Both the position numbers and the translations under genes were made by a program. A stretch of DNA of 64,000 nt from Lama guanicoe (lineage: Eukaryota): NCBI GenBank assembly GCA_013239625.1, contig MU053557.1, forward strand, positions 1,371,063-1,435,062, written 5' to 3'. Under the pieces are notes generated by a model that saw only the letters and a list, made by a program, of their open reading frames with translations, made no database searches and was not told the origin of the DNA. Below, in pieces: positions 51,145-63,716 of this stretch (position 1 is its first letter; each line of letters opens with the position of its first letter).

Positions 51145-51530
51145 CAGAATAAACCCTGGGCTGTACTTCATAGATCATTCTGCACACTTCCTGCATTCTG
51201 TCCCAGGGCTTCCCGGTGCACTGTGAGGTGTGAGAATCTATCAAACTACTTGACACCCACCCAAGCACAACCTGGAAGTGAAGAGGTGTTAACTCCGTGG
51301 GCCAAATCTATAACCATTGAGAGAAGAAAGCCAGTGGATAAAGTATGCCCCTGTGTAACAACTTCCTGGGTGACAGCTTCATAACACATCTTTGTGTTAG
51401 CTCGCTCTCTCTCTCTCTCTGCTTCATCACCCCAGACCTTCACTCCTATACCATGGGCAGTACTCCCTAGCCAAGCAGTAGCAATAATCCTTTGCCTCAG
51501 GCTCCGCCTTCTGGGGAGTTCCTGATAATT
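51145..51530 (+). mobile_element. ERVL solo LTR (LTR16-like)
   Basis: cacaacctggaagtg..gttaactcc..aatcctttgcctcaggctccgccttctgggg. Confidence 0.6.
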
Positions 51531-52696
51531 CTCCACTGTTACACTGAGCACTTTGTGATCATTCTACTGTATGCAGAGTATTGTGCTAGACGCTAGGGGT
51601 CAAACAATGGCCCAAATCTAGCCACAGTTATCACGAGCTGAGAATCCAGGCCATATATAGGCAGCAAACTAACAATTAAATACAGTATTGTAAGTACTCT
51701 GTTGGGGAAATGTAAGTGCTCTGGAAACCCAGAAAAAGCTGCCTTAAGAAAAAACTGGAAAGCCACGTTGAATTGGGCTAGATTTGGGCTAGACAATTGA
51801 TTTGGGATTCATCACTTTATAGGTAGTCTTTGAAGTCATCAGAATGGGTAAGAGGGGAAGAAACTACAGGAGACAGTTCTGTTTGGGGAAGAGGGTGCAC
51901 TGTACGAGTAAGCTCAGCCAGCCACCGTGGAGCCAAAGCAGCAGCAGTGAAGTGGTCGCTGGCCCCATCGCTCACTCGCTGCGAGACCGTGTGACAGATT
52001 CGTCATTTCTCTGACCCACTGGGCCTTCCCCAGTTCTCGTAAGGGAGTTTTAGTTTAGGTAATTCTCAGATTTCCTCTCCTCCATGGCATTTTTTTCATC
52101 CATTAGAGGGAATGTAGGATATTATTTAAACATTATATATATATATATATACATATATATGTGTATATATATATATTCTTAAGGATGTATTTTATAGGAT
52201 ATGAATTAAGTAAATCTCTTTTCTTCATGCAAAACAAGAAAAAATGTGTTTGCTTTCAGTTTGAGTTTCAGAGAAAAGGCATATATATAGCTCTGCAAAA
52301 TATAAGCCTTCCTATTGCCATGTTTTCTAGCCATTGTACGTACGGGACAAACACACTCAGGCATGGCAAAATGGTATATGCAAAAGCAGAGGAAACAAAA
52401 GATCCTCACTGTCTGCTGCCCAGATGTTTTGCAATACTCATGCTCTTCTCTGTCAGGAAAAGTCTTGCATAATGGTGTAAAAAGCTGTTTTTTTCCATTC
52501 TCCCGAGCCTCCCTCAGAGTGCCTGGCTAAGTATCTTCCGATTCACAGATCATTTCCCTAAACAGTTTCCTTTACACTCAGCCCCACTTAGCAGCGCCAG
52601 AGATCAGAGGCCAATTGCATCTGTGCTCTGTCCCAGGAGGGCCAACACCTCACTGGAAGCTGCACTTTAAGGCAGTACAAAGCAGTGGCCTGGACC

Positions 52697-53062
52697 CATG
52701 CTTCTCAAACACGTGAACTGCCCGGAGAATTTGTTGGTGTGAAGATTCTGATTCAGTAGGTCTGAGGTGCAGTGGTGTGGGGAGCTGGTGCCAACCTACT
52801 TAACGGAGTCAACCATTAACCTCTTGCTTAAGTCTGTGGTCAGACTTCACACTGGGATCCTGTAATATGCCATGGCAGGATGATTTACACCGTGGAAGTC
52901 AGCAAACACTACAAAGGACCCCCTTCAAACACACCCCCTAAAAATGTTGGTTGTAAAATATTTACCAGCACACCACTGGGAATAGAGTCTGAGATGATGC
53001 ATTTCTGACAAGCTCCCCCGTGATGCAAATGCTGCTGGTGTGCACGCTGACTTTGAGTAGGA
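52697..53062 (-). mobile_element. MER5A split by a nested MER63-like element
   Basis: cttctcaaac..agattctgattcagtaggtctg [insert] tgcatttctgacaagctcccc.gtgatgc..tgctgctggt..ctttgagtag. Confidence 0.75.
52770..52978. mobile_element. MER63-like hAT-Blackjack MITE
   Basis: Perfect 10-bp terminal inverted repeats cagtggtgtg / cacaccactg; internal gccatgg..atttacacc.tggaa..gcaaac.ctacaaa. Confidence 0.7.
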
Positions 53063-53287
53063 AGCATTTACGGCACAGCTCTGGAGTCACAGGTCCAGGA
53101 ATAAACAGTGACTGTCTCTTAGACAAGTGTAACCTAAACACGTTACCTTAAGGTATTGTATCCTGCTGTATTTGGTTGCCTACTGGTCTGACATTTTCTA
53201 CTCTGTCTCTCTGGGCCTCAGTTTCTCCATCTGTAAAATACAGAATGGGGATCAACTCCTACTTCCTAGCACTGTCCCCAGGAGTAA

Positions 53288-56200
53288 TTTTTTTAATTGA
53301 AGTACAGCTGATTTATAATATTATATTAGTTTCAGGTATACACTAGAGTCATTCAAAAATTTTATATATTATGCTCCATTTATAGTTATTACAAAATATT
53401 AGCTATATTCCCTGATGTACAATATATCCTTGTTGCTTATTTTATACATATTAGTTTGTACCTCTGAATCCACTACCTCTATCTTGACCCTGCCCCCTTC
53501 CCTCTCCCCAATGGCAACTACTAGTTTGTTCTCTACGTCTGTGAGTCTGTTTCTATTTAGTTATATCCCCAAGTTTTATTTTTTCAATTCCACATATAAG
53601 TGATAACATACAGTATTTCACTGGGGTTTTGATTTGCATTTTCTCTGATGATTAGCAGTGTTGATCATATTTCCATGTGCCTGTTGGCCATCTTTGTCTT
53701 CTTTGGAGAAATGTCTGTTCCAGTCTTCTGCCCATTTTTCAGTTGGGTCGTTGGTTTTTTGACATTGAGCCATATAAGCTGTTTATATATTTTGAGTACC
53801 AACCCTCTTGTCAGTGATATCATTTACAAAGTTTTTTTTCCCATTTAGGAGGTTGTCTTTTTGATTTGTCAATGGCTTTCTTCACTGTGCAAAAGCTTTT
53901 AAGTTTAATTAGGTCCCAATTGTTTAATTTTATTTCCTTTCCTTTTACATAGGAGACAGAGCCAAAAAAATATTGCTACAATTTATGTCAAAGAGTTTTC
54001 TGCTCATGTTCTCTCATAGGAGTTTTACGGTTTCCAGCCTTATGTTTAGGTCTTTAATCCACTTTGAGTTTATTTTTGTATATGATGTGAGGAAATGTTC
54101 TCATCTCATTCTTCTACATGCAGCTGTCCACTTTTCCCTGAACTCTTTCAGCGTTTATTTGTAACCTTTTATTTCTCCACCAAATGTGAGTGAGAGCATT
54201 GCTGGGTAGAGTATTCTTGGTTGTAGGTGTGTCCCTTTTATTGCTTTAAATGTCTTGTGCCACTCCCTTCTGGCCTACAGATTTTCCGCTAAAAAGTCAG
54301 CTGAAGCTTTATGGTAGCTCCCTTGTATATAAATCGTTGCTTTTCCCTTGCTGCTTTTTATAGTCTGTCTTATCTTTAATTGTTGCCATTTTAATTACAA
54401 CGTGTTTTGGTGTGTGTTCAGGTGTACACTAGAGTCATTCAAAATTGATTCTGTTTGGGACTGTGTGCTATTTTGACTTGGATATGTTTCCTTTCCCATG
54501 TTAGGGTTTTCAGCTATGATGTCCTCAAATACATTGTCCGCCACTCCCCTTGTCTTCTCCTTTGTGGCTCCTGTATTGTGAATGTTAGTATATTCGATGT
54601 TGTCCCAGGGGTTTCTTAAACTGTACTCATTTCTTTTTATTCTTTTTTCTGTTCGACTTCAGTAACTTCTACTGTGTGTTTCAGCTTGCTGACCCATGTC
54701 TCTGTGTCACATGGTCTGCTAGTGTAGTGTCATTCCAGTTCCTGTGTCCTTCATCTCCATTTGGCTGTCCTTTATATTTTCTAACGCTGCTTCTCCTCTT
54801 CCATTCTTCTCCCAAGTTCTCTGATCACCTTTACAATCAAGACTGAACAGTTTCTCAGATTGCCTACCTCCTCTTCACTTAGTTCCTCTTCTGGGATTTT
54901 ACCTTGTTCCTTTGTTTGTGACATGTTCTTCTGTCACCACATTTTGCCCAACTTGCTGTTTTTTACTTCTGTGTATCCGACATTTTGGTTACATTTCCCA
55001 GTCTAGGAGGTGTGGCCTTTTTTAGATGTCCTGTGCTTCCAAGCAGCACACACCCAGAGCTGTACGCCCTCGGGGTGGCCCTGTGTGGGCTGCATGGGTC
55101 CTTCTATTGTGGCAGGCTGACTCCTGTGGGCACTCTCGTAGGTGGTCCCTGTTCTGGTTGGCTGCCAGGCTCTACCTTGTGCAGAGGTTGCCAGCCAGTG
55201 GTTGGCAGGGCTGAGTCAGGAGGCAGCTGGCTGTGGAACCCAGGGATCCCTAGGGATTCAGGACAGCCCAGGGCTGGTGCCTGCCCACTGGTGGACAGAT
55301 CTGGGCCTGAGGATCTGGCTGCAGGGCCCAGGGGTCCCAGAACTGGTATCAGACCACCAGTGGTTGGGGCTGGTTCCTGACACAGCTGGATGCAGAATCT
55401 AGGGTGTCCCCCGGCCTCTGTTGGCCTCCTGGTAGGTGGGACCAGGGCCCAATCAGTCCCAGGGCTAGTGCTGACCTCCTGGTGAGTGGGCTGGGTCTGC
55501 AGGCTATGATTTTCCTAGGGCTGGTATCCACCCACTGGTGGGTAAGGGTGGTCCCAAGGCTAGAGCAGGTTTGCTAGTTGATGGGGCTAGGGATTCTGGG
55601 GTTGGTGCCTGCCCACTGGTGGGTGGATCAGGGTCCCAGGGTCTCTGGTTGCAGAGCCGCATCCAGGGGTGACTGTGGACTCAGAGGGTCTTAAGGCAGT
55701 TGGCCTGCTGGTCAGTGGGACTATGTCCCACCCAGTTAGTTGCTTGGCCTGAGGCATCCTGGTACTGGTGCCTCCAGGCTGTTAGGCAGGGGTGGGGCTA
55801 GGTAGAGGCTGATAAGCTAGAGGGAGGATCCAAAATTGTGCTCACCAGCCCCCATGTCCACGTGGTAGAAGGAGCTCCCGGAGTGGCTGCTGCCAGTGTC
55901 TGTGTCCCTAGGGGAGAGCTCCAGTTCCTTCCTGCCTGTCCCAGAGACTCCAAGATCAGGTAGGTCTGGTCTAGGCTCCTTTCAAGACAGTATTTCTGCC
56001 CTGGATCCTGGAGCATGTGAGGTTTTGCAGGTACCTTTAAGAGTGGAGTCTTTATTTTCCACAATCTCTGGAAGTAAGCCCACTGGTCTTCAAAACCAAA
56101 TGTTCGAGGGGTTTGTCTTCCCAGTGCAGGACCTCTAGGCTGGGGAGCCCAATGTGGGGATCAGATGCCTTGCTCCTTGGGAAGAATGTCTGCAATTTTA

Positions 56201-56442
56201 ATTATTCTGCTATTGGTGTCTCACCCACTTGGGGTAGGGGTCTTGACTATACTGCAGCTCTGTCCCTCCCACCTGTCTCATTGTGGTTCCCTCTTTGTAT
56301 CTTTAGTTGCAGAAGATCTTTTCTGGTAGGTTCCAGCCTATTTCTGCAATGAGTGTTGTGTACACAGTTGTAATATCGGTGTGCCTCTGAGAGGAGGTGA
56401 GCTCTGGGTCTTTCTACTCCACTATCTAGGCTGATCCCCGGA
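53288..56442 (-). mobile_element. Internally deleted L1 (complete 5' UTR and most of ORF1, about 0.5 kb of ORF2, 3' UTR) inserted into a MIR
   Basis: 5' terminus ctactccactatctaggctgatcccc (antisense of a CAAGATGGCGG-type start); ORF1/ORF2 junction at about 54137; ORF2/3' UTR junction at about 53618; MIR halves at 53205-53286 and 56450-56520. Confidence 0.9.
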
Positions 56443-57654
56443 AGCAGTAAATTAAACAGGGGCTTTGAGCACAGTGTCTGGCATAAAATTGGCATCAATA
56501 AATAACAGTGCTTGTTATTTTTACTTAGTAGAATGTAATTTTATGATGCCAATGACAGAGGAAACAAAATATGATAGACACTGTTAGAATAGGTAAACAA
56601 GTGTCATACAGTATCACTATGTACATTTTAAACATTGTTTCCCATTTAATGCTTTTTTTAAAAAAACAAACCTAACTCTATAATATAAAGATTCCAAAAT
56701 GTTTGGAAGTAAGGCTGGAGGAGGAAGGAAGAAAACTCATTTTGTACTGTGTGTGTCATGGAAAATACAGAAGTTGTTTTTTTTTTTTTTTGGTGGGGGA
56801 GGGGGAAGCATTCTCTTTCTGTTCTCTCTTTCATGAAGATAAAAGTGTTTCCCCTTGACATGGAGACAACATTAGGCATTTTATATTTCTGAAGCCCATG
56901 ATATGCCTTTCATCCATCCCCAAGCTCATGAATAACTTACATTCAGGGTGGGGAAGGGTTCTCTTAACTCTCTGTGGAGTAAAGTTTACAGTCCCAACCA
57001 ACTTTGCCAGAAATCACCTGTATCTCTCCAGTGCATCTGGATGCTGAATACCCTCTTCAGAAGATAACTGGGTATTTTTGTATTACCTGCCCTTCTCAGT
57101 TACCATAACAAGTCCTCCTGCCAAAGACTCCATGAGGACAAAGCTAGAACATGAATCATGACATATGGGAAAGGAAACGTCTTTTCATTTTCCATACAAG
57201 ATGTGATAAGACTGGCAGCAAACACATTTCATGATGTTTCAAGTAGAAAAGAGATTATAAATGTTAAAAAAAAAGAGAGAGAGACAGTGCCATCAATAAC
57301 GGATGTTCCTACAACATTAATTCCCAGATATTTGGGGTGTACATATCAGGAGTGCAAAAGGCAGGGTCATCACAACTCTCATCATTTCCTCCCTCTATTT
57401 CTGATGAGGAGTTAATTTCACTTGGAAAGGGGCACATCCATTCCAAAATATCACAGTGTATATTCTTCTATACTTTAAGTCCTACTTTTTTTAGCAGGAA
57501 GGATAGATGCAAAATAAGGGCTTCTTAACCATGGAGTCCATAGACCTCAAATAAAAATGTTGGCCTAAATGCAGTTTTCTGTGCTCAATATTCAAAACTT
57601 TCATAAGGTCCTCACAAAGTCTATAAACCAAGAAAACTGCTTCTGCACTAAAAA

Positions 57655-57880
57655 CATGGAGTTTAGAGACACAGACTCCATCCCAGTTCAGGTCTACAAG
57701 TTACCACAGTTGTGAACTTCCATCTATTAATTATTCTCTCTGAGATTCCCTTTCTTTTTCTCATCTGTGAAGTTGGAATAATATCACTCTTGCAAAACTG
57801 TTGTAAAAGTCAGGTTAAAAAAAAACCTGTAGAAAATGCCCAGCACAGTTCCTGGATTTAGAAGATCCTGGGTGCATGTC
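57655..57880 (+). mobile_element. MIR SINE
   Basis: ctcatctgtgaagttggaataatatc..gtagaaaatgcccagcacagttcctgg. Confidence 0.65.
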
Positions 57881-60800
57881 AGCTCCCTGACACAAGAAGC
57901 TCAAATATTTTACTTTAAAGACAGAAGAGGTATGTCAGTGTTCCCTTATCAGGACAAGTAAATGTTCAGTATTCAGAAATTGTTTTCTTATTGCTGGTCT
58001 CCGCAGGTCCGCCAGCCTCCACCATGGTCTTCTCATTGTGATTGCCCCAGAAATCCTGGCATATCGTCTAGTTGCCTTCTCATTTGACCTGGTCTCTGGG
58101 TGACACGCTTACACTCCCCCAAATTTAAAATCGAGATGAAAATGGGCTGAATGCTTGGTTATTAGAGTCACTCTGCTGAGTTGAAGTCTCTCTGGGCTTC
58201 ATTCCTTTCTGAGCAGCATTTTTTTCTGAACTGTTACATGCTCTTATTCTGCTCCCCATGGGACAGCAAAGGGATTGGGGTCGAGCTCAGCTAACTTTGG
58301 CTTTATTTACACAAACAGGGAAATTTGGAAATGGAGGAGGGCACTGGAGAGTGCAGGGACTAGGGGAGGCACCAAGCCGGAAAGCTGAGGGTTGAAGTAG
58401 CTTTAAACCATAGCTAGCCAGTGGCCCTGTAAATTACGCCTGCCAACCCACTGAGCAAATTGAGAATCCCGAACAGTTCAGGCAGGAACATGAAATGTGG
58501 CCAGAGAGAGAAATAGAGCCACAATAGCAAAAGGCGGTGCTGCCCAGGAATTGTTCACGGTACAGTGATGCTGACTGCAGAAGAGCAATATAATTAAGTT
58601 GCCAAGCTAAATGATAGCCACGTGCAGATCACCAGACCTCGGAGAGAAAAACCAAATCCAAACAGACTGGCTGTTAAACGGAGTATTTCTGAGCCATATA
58701 GACCAGAACTGCCTAAGATATGAGAGTCCAGTTGTACAGCCAGAGCTGCTTAGACCACCCCCTTCTCCCACTTGGGGATTATATTCACTGCCAGAAATCT
58801 TTTAACTGGAAGACATCTCTGATGCCCCTCACTCTGTAGAGAAATGTAAGATACTTACGGTTTTCACTGTGTTCTAGCCACTAGTTACTTCCCTTTAGTA
58901 CATCTCAAAGCAGCCTATGGTAAGATCGTGCCCTTGTCTCTCCCTTTATTTCATGTAAAATCAATATTTTTTAAATGATATATATAATATCAAAAGTAAA
59001 AAGGTTTGTTAATTATGACTTACACATGATTTTTATCTTATTCCTAAACTCTGTGGCTCTGCAGGGAACATAGGTTATCTGTATAATCTGCAAGATAGAT
59101 ATGAAATTTGTATATATTTTATTATATCTAGTTTTCAAAATGTGTAAACAGCAAAATGACTGGTAATAAGAATACAAAATGTTAATACTAGTTATTTCTG
59201 GGTGGTAAGGCAGTTGGTGATTTATTTTTTCCTTTTATATTTCTCCAAACTTTTACTTTTATAATGACTTTTAAAAGTGATGTTATGGTATGAATTGATA
59301 CTAGAAGATGCCTTCTTAAGGCATTGCAACTCACTGTCTGGTTGCCCGGACTGGTCCAGCATTTTCTGCTGACTTTCAAGTTGAATAGTTCTGTAAAAGA
59401 ACATCTTTCGGAGTGTATTCCTTAGAATACTAGTTCTTGGGCTGCTAACAGTTGATGACAAAAGAAAAAGTATCGTGAACAAGTAAATTAGGAAATGCTG
59501 GGCTACCAGAGTTAATTAAAAACCTTTAAATACACTAGTGTGCCCTGTGCATTCATGTGCCAACAACAGTGAACGCTTTACTTCTGAAACTCTTTTCTTT
59601 GAATAACAGGTGGGATTATTCTTTAAAGCATGCAGTTTGGAGACAACTGATGTCTGAGCTTAAGCAAATCTAGATCTCAAAATGTGAAAATTACATATAT
59701 ATATATGTCTGTATATGTTACATATATGCTTACATATAATTTTAAAACCGATTAGTTCATGAATTAAAAGATTCACTATAGATGTCCTTCAGAGTGCCCC
59801 CCCCTTAGTGTAGTCTAATAACATCCAGTTTATAAAACGTCTGACTTCTCTCCTATGTGATACTGCTTCCAGAGCACTGTGAACACAGCTCCATTACAGC
59901 GCTCACATTAATGCATTGTATTTATTTGCTTTCATAGGACTGTCCACTAATAAAGTATGATCTTCTTGAGGTCAGGGGTTTTCTTAGTATTGCTGACACA
60001 TTACAGGTGCTCGATAAGTATTTATTGAGTAGATTAGATGTTTGTTATATAATGCAAGGTAGATGAGATTCTTTAGGAAGAAGAGAGGGAAGGCTGGAGT
60101 AGAGCCCACAAGCTTTAGAAAGAATCTTTTTTTTTTTTTACAAGTAAGAGAAATAAAAGAGTGCTTTGGATTTACAAAGAAGAACTCATACTTGAATCAA
60201 ATTAGCCCGATAAAAGTCCTGGAGGAAAATGAAACTGACAGGGCAGGTCCTCCAAATTAGGTATAAAACTTCTCTTGAACCAAGACTGTAATAAAAATGT
60301 AATGAAAATATTCGAAGCAGAGCAGACAGTTGTATCTTCAAGAGATACGTTTTTTAAGATGTGGTGAAATAGTCCATTAAAATGAGAAGAGCTGAAGGCA
60401 TATGAATAAAAGGGACTTTAGTTTAAAGATTGAAAAGGAAAATGTGGCCCTTGGCGACATAGATGCTACTGAGGGCAGCACGTGGACTGGTTTCTGAATC
60501 CCTAATTGCTCTTTTCTTGCTTATGCTTTGCAAATTCTCCTTGGGAAAAAAAAATTCCATTGAAATTTGTTGTGATACAACTAGAATACATTATTTCAAA
60601 TGGAGGTACTTCCATTACTGACTGCAGTGACTGTTTTGGGTATGGAAACAATATACCTAAAAGGTGAGAGCAGAGGATCAGTGAGCCACCTCATTGTTTT
60701 TTAAATCTTCTCACTTTTATCATTTCCCTGGGCTTTTACATTTGATACATCAGTATGTCTGTCCATCTACTCCCATTGTGCCCTTGAGACAGCCTTCTGC

Positions 60801-61314
60801 CTGTGACACAGCTGAAGGGAACCCTAAACTGACTGAGATACACAGAAGACACCATCCCAAATGAACAAATGCTTTCTCTGCACACTGCGTTCTCACTTCA
60901 CATTGTGCTTGTGAATAACTTTGTATCCAAAACATCACAGAATAGGAATAGAAGCAGCACTTCCATTGACAAGTATGATACCCCCATAGCTTCTATAGTT
61001 GATTGAAGATTAAAAATCTCAGGCACTTAACCTTATTTACCCAAATATTCATATGATAAAAATTAGAAAGCTACTTTTATGTATTAAATACTATATTTGC
61101 ATGATTTCTAAATACTCAGATCACCCCTACAAAATATCTATAAAATATGTCATCTATTTTATAGATAAAAGGACAGGATCCATGAGATTAAGTAATGCAT
61201 CCATGGTCAAGTAGCTGAAGCACAGAGATAAGAATCAAGATTTGCCTGTAGACAAAAGCCAGGCTTTTTCTGCCACCCTAGTTACTATGACTTAAATTCA
61301 CTGGTGTTTTGTTT

Positions 61315-61553
61315 TGCGGAAGGGTAGGAGCCTAACTCTGATAAGCACCGGTAAGGGAACATGCGTGGTCTAATCACAGTGACCAGACACTCCCTTAGTG
61401 TCCAGCCAGCACCTTTCCCCTAGTTCACCAAGTGCTTAAACACCCTCCTGTCTTTTGTTTCAGGAGAGGAGAGTTCAGTCTCTCTCTCTCCTGCAGCAGT
61501 CTTAAAGTCTTCCTAACCTATTTAACTGGTCTGGTGCAATTTTTCTTTGACAG
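61315..61553 (+). mobile_element. ERV1-type LTR fragment (MER34-like)
   Basis: gggtaggagcctaact..gagttcagtctctctc..tttaactggtctggtgcaattttttctttgaca. Confidence 0.6.
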
Positions 61554-61699
61554 ATGTTAGTTAATGAAGGTCAGGTTCTAAAAAGAATATTTTAATATGT
61601 GATCAGAATCTTATTCTTTTAGCTTAAAGCATCTGAAAGACTGAGACATTACTTATTGAAAGATGGCCTCTCACTGAAATGCTGCATTCCTTGTTTCTT

Positions 61700-62180
61700 T
61701 CCATAGTTTTACAGTCTCTTGAGAATACATTTCATCTTGTAATCCAGAGCTCTTCAGAGAGCTGTCTCCTGCCTCTGCACCCAGCTTATTCTCTGGCCAC
61801 AAGGAAACACAACAAAAGGGCCACGATCTTTCTCACCTCTAAGCTTTGCACATACCGTAACTTCAGTCTAGAATGCTTTTCTTTGCCTGTCCCCACCTTA
61901 TCCCTGCCAATTTTCCCATTTCTCTTCTCTTCATGATAAGTCCCATTTACATTTCAAGACATCACTATGTCTTGGAAGTGCTACTCACACACCACTGTTC
62001 AGGATGCTGCTATGTGTGTCTCCCTAGCCTCTAAGAGCTCCTGGGACTCACTGGCTTCTCTCATCTACTCAGTAGTTAATGCTTTAGGGAAAAGAGCTAC
62101 ACACTTCCCCTTTGTCCCTTCAGAATCCAGCATGGTGTCTAGAACAAAATAGACACCAAATCACTGTTAGTTGGATGGAA
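61700..62180 (+). mobile_element. L2 3' fragment
   Basis: gctttgcacataccgt..tctagaatgct..ccagcatggtgtctagaac. Confidence 0.55.
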
Positions 62181-62231
62181 GTTAGGATGAGAAGTAGATT
62201 TTATTTCCCTCATTTGGATTATCTTATCAAA

Positions 62232-63410
62232 GAGTAGGGATTTTTTTGAAAAGATAAACAAAACTGATAAACTTTTATCCAGCCTCACCAAAAAGTAAAT
62301 AGGGTTCAAATAAATTAAAAAAGAAATGAAAGATAAGTAACAACCAATACCACAGAAATACAAAAAAATCATAAGAGAATACTATGAATAGTTACATGCC
62401 AAAAACTTGCACAACCTAGACGAAATGTTTCTAGAAACATGCAAGCTCCCAAGACTGAGTCAAGTAGAAACAGACAATTTGAACAGACTGATAACTAGTA
62501 TTGAAGTTGAATTTGTGATTTAAAAAGTCACAACAAACAAAACTCCAGGACTGGACACCTTCACAAGGGAATTCTACCAAACACACGTAGAAGAACTAAC
62601 ACCTGTCCTTCTCAAATGAGTCCAAAGACTGTAAAGGACAAAACACTCCCAAATTCCCTTGACAAGGCCACTGCTACCCCGATAACAAAAAAAGATAAAG
62701 ACAATGCAAAAAAAGAAAATCACAGGCCACTTTACTTGATGAATATAGATGCAAAAATCCTCAACCAAATATTAGCAAACAGAATCCAATAATATATAAA
62801 AAGGGTCATGCACCAGCATCAAGTGTGATTTATTCCAGGGACACAAGGGTGGTTCAGTATTCACAAGGCAATCAGTGTGATCTACTGTATTAACACAAGG
62901 AAAAGTAAAAATCACATAATCATTTAAATAGATGCAGAAAAAGCATGTAGCAAAAGTTAGTCAACATCCATTTCATGATAGAACTCCCATCAAAGTGGGC
63001 ATAGAGCGAATATACCTTAACATAATAAAGACCATTTATGACATAACACCATAGTTAATGGTGAAAAGCAGAAAGCCTTTCCTCTAAATTCAAGAACAAG
63101 ACAAGGATGCACACTCTCACCACTTCCATTTAATGTAGTATTGGAAGGCCTAACCACAGTGAGACGAGAAAAAGAAGTAAGACATAGCCAGATTGGAAAG
63201 AAAGATGTACAGTTGTCACTTATGGCAGATGACATGATGCTTTATACAGAAAACCCTACAGTCTCCACCCACAAACTATTGTAACTAGTAACTGAATTCA
63301 GCAAAGTTGCAGCATGCAAAACTTATATGCAGAAACGTGTTCCTTTTCTATACACTAACAGTGAACTATCAGAAAGACAAAGTTTAAAAATTACGTTTAA
63401 AATCACATCC
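62232..63410 (+). mobile_element. L1 ORF2 fragment (pre-RT and RT region)
   Basis: gatgaatatagatgcaaaaatcctcaaccaaatattagcaaac; agacaaggatgcacactctcacc; gcagatgacatgat (ADDM). Confidence 0.92.
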
Positions 63411-63716
63411 GAGAGAGAGATCAAGAAGAGAGACTAACAGGACATGGAGCTCAACTCCTCCCCACAAGCACATCAAAAACACACCTGCATGTGAAATAGT
63501 TGTCCCTGAAAACTAAATGCAGAGTGGCAGAAGGACTGCTGTACAAGCTGGCTGTAAGAAAGACGCACATGTAATTGGATTCGAGGGGAAGAAAATTAAT
63601 TTGGTCAGGACCTGTGCCCCTGGGAGAAAACTCAGAGGAAGAAGGAGACTGCATGGGTAGACACCTGACCTGGGGAGTGGACAGGCGGAGCCCCAGCCTG
63701 GGCGTCCCCGTCCTGG
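63411..63716 (+). mobile_element. 5' terminus (promoter region) of another L1
   Basis: gagagagatcaaga..ggacatggagctcaactcctccccacaagcacatcaaaaacac resembles the start of a laurasiatherian L1 5' UTR. Confidence 0.7.

Noticed and set aside
51205..51240. gggcttcccggtg..tgagaatct resembling a CHR-type SINE head
   Set aside because: The similarity does not extend, and the stretch lies inside an LTR16-like element.
54985..56352. Cluster of GC-rich ORFs
   Set aside because: These are chance frames in the GC-rich L1 5' UTR.
58007..58041. Acceptor-like site followed by a strong Kozak CCACCATGG
   Set aside because: The ORF is only MVFSL* and no downstream donor is evident; at most a non-coding exon.
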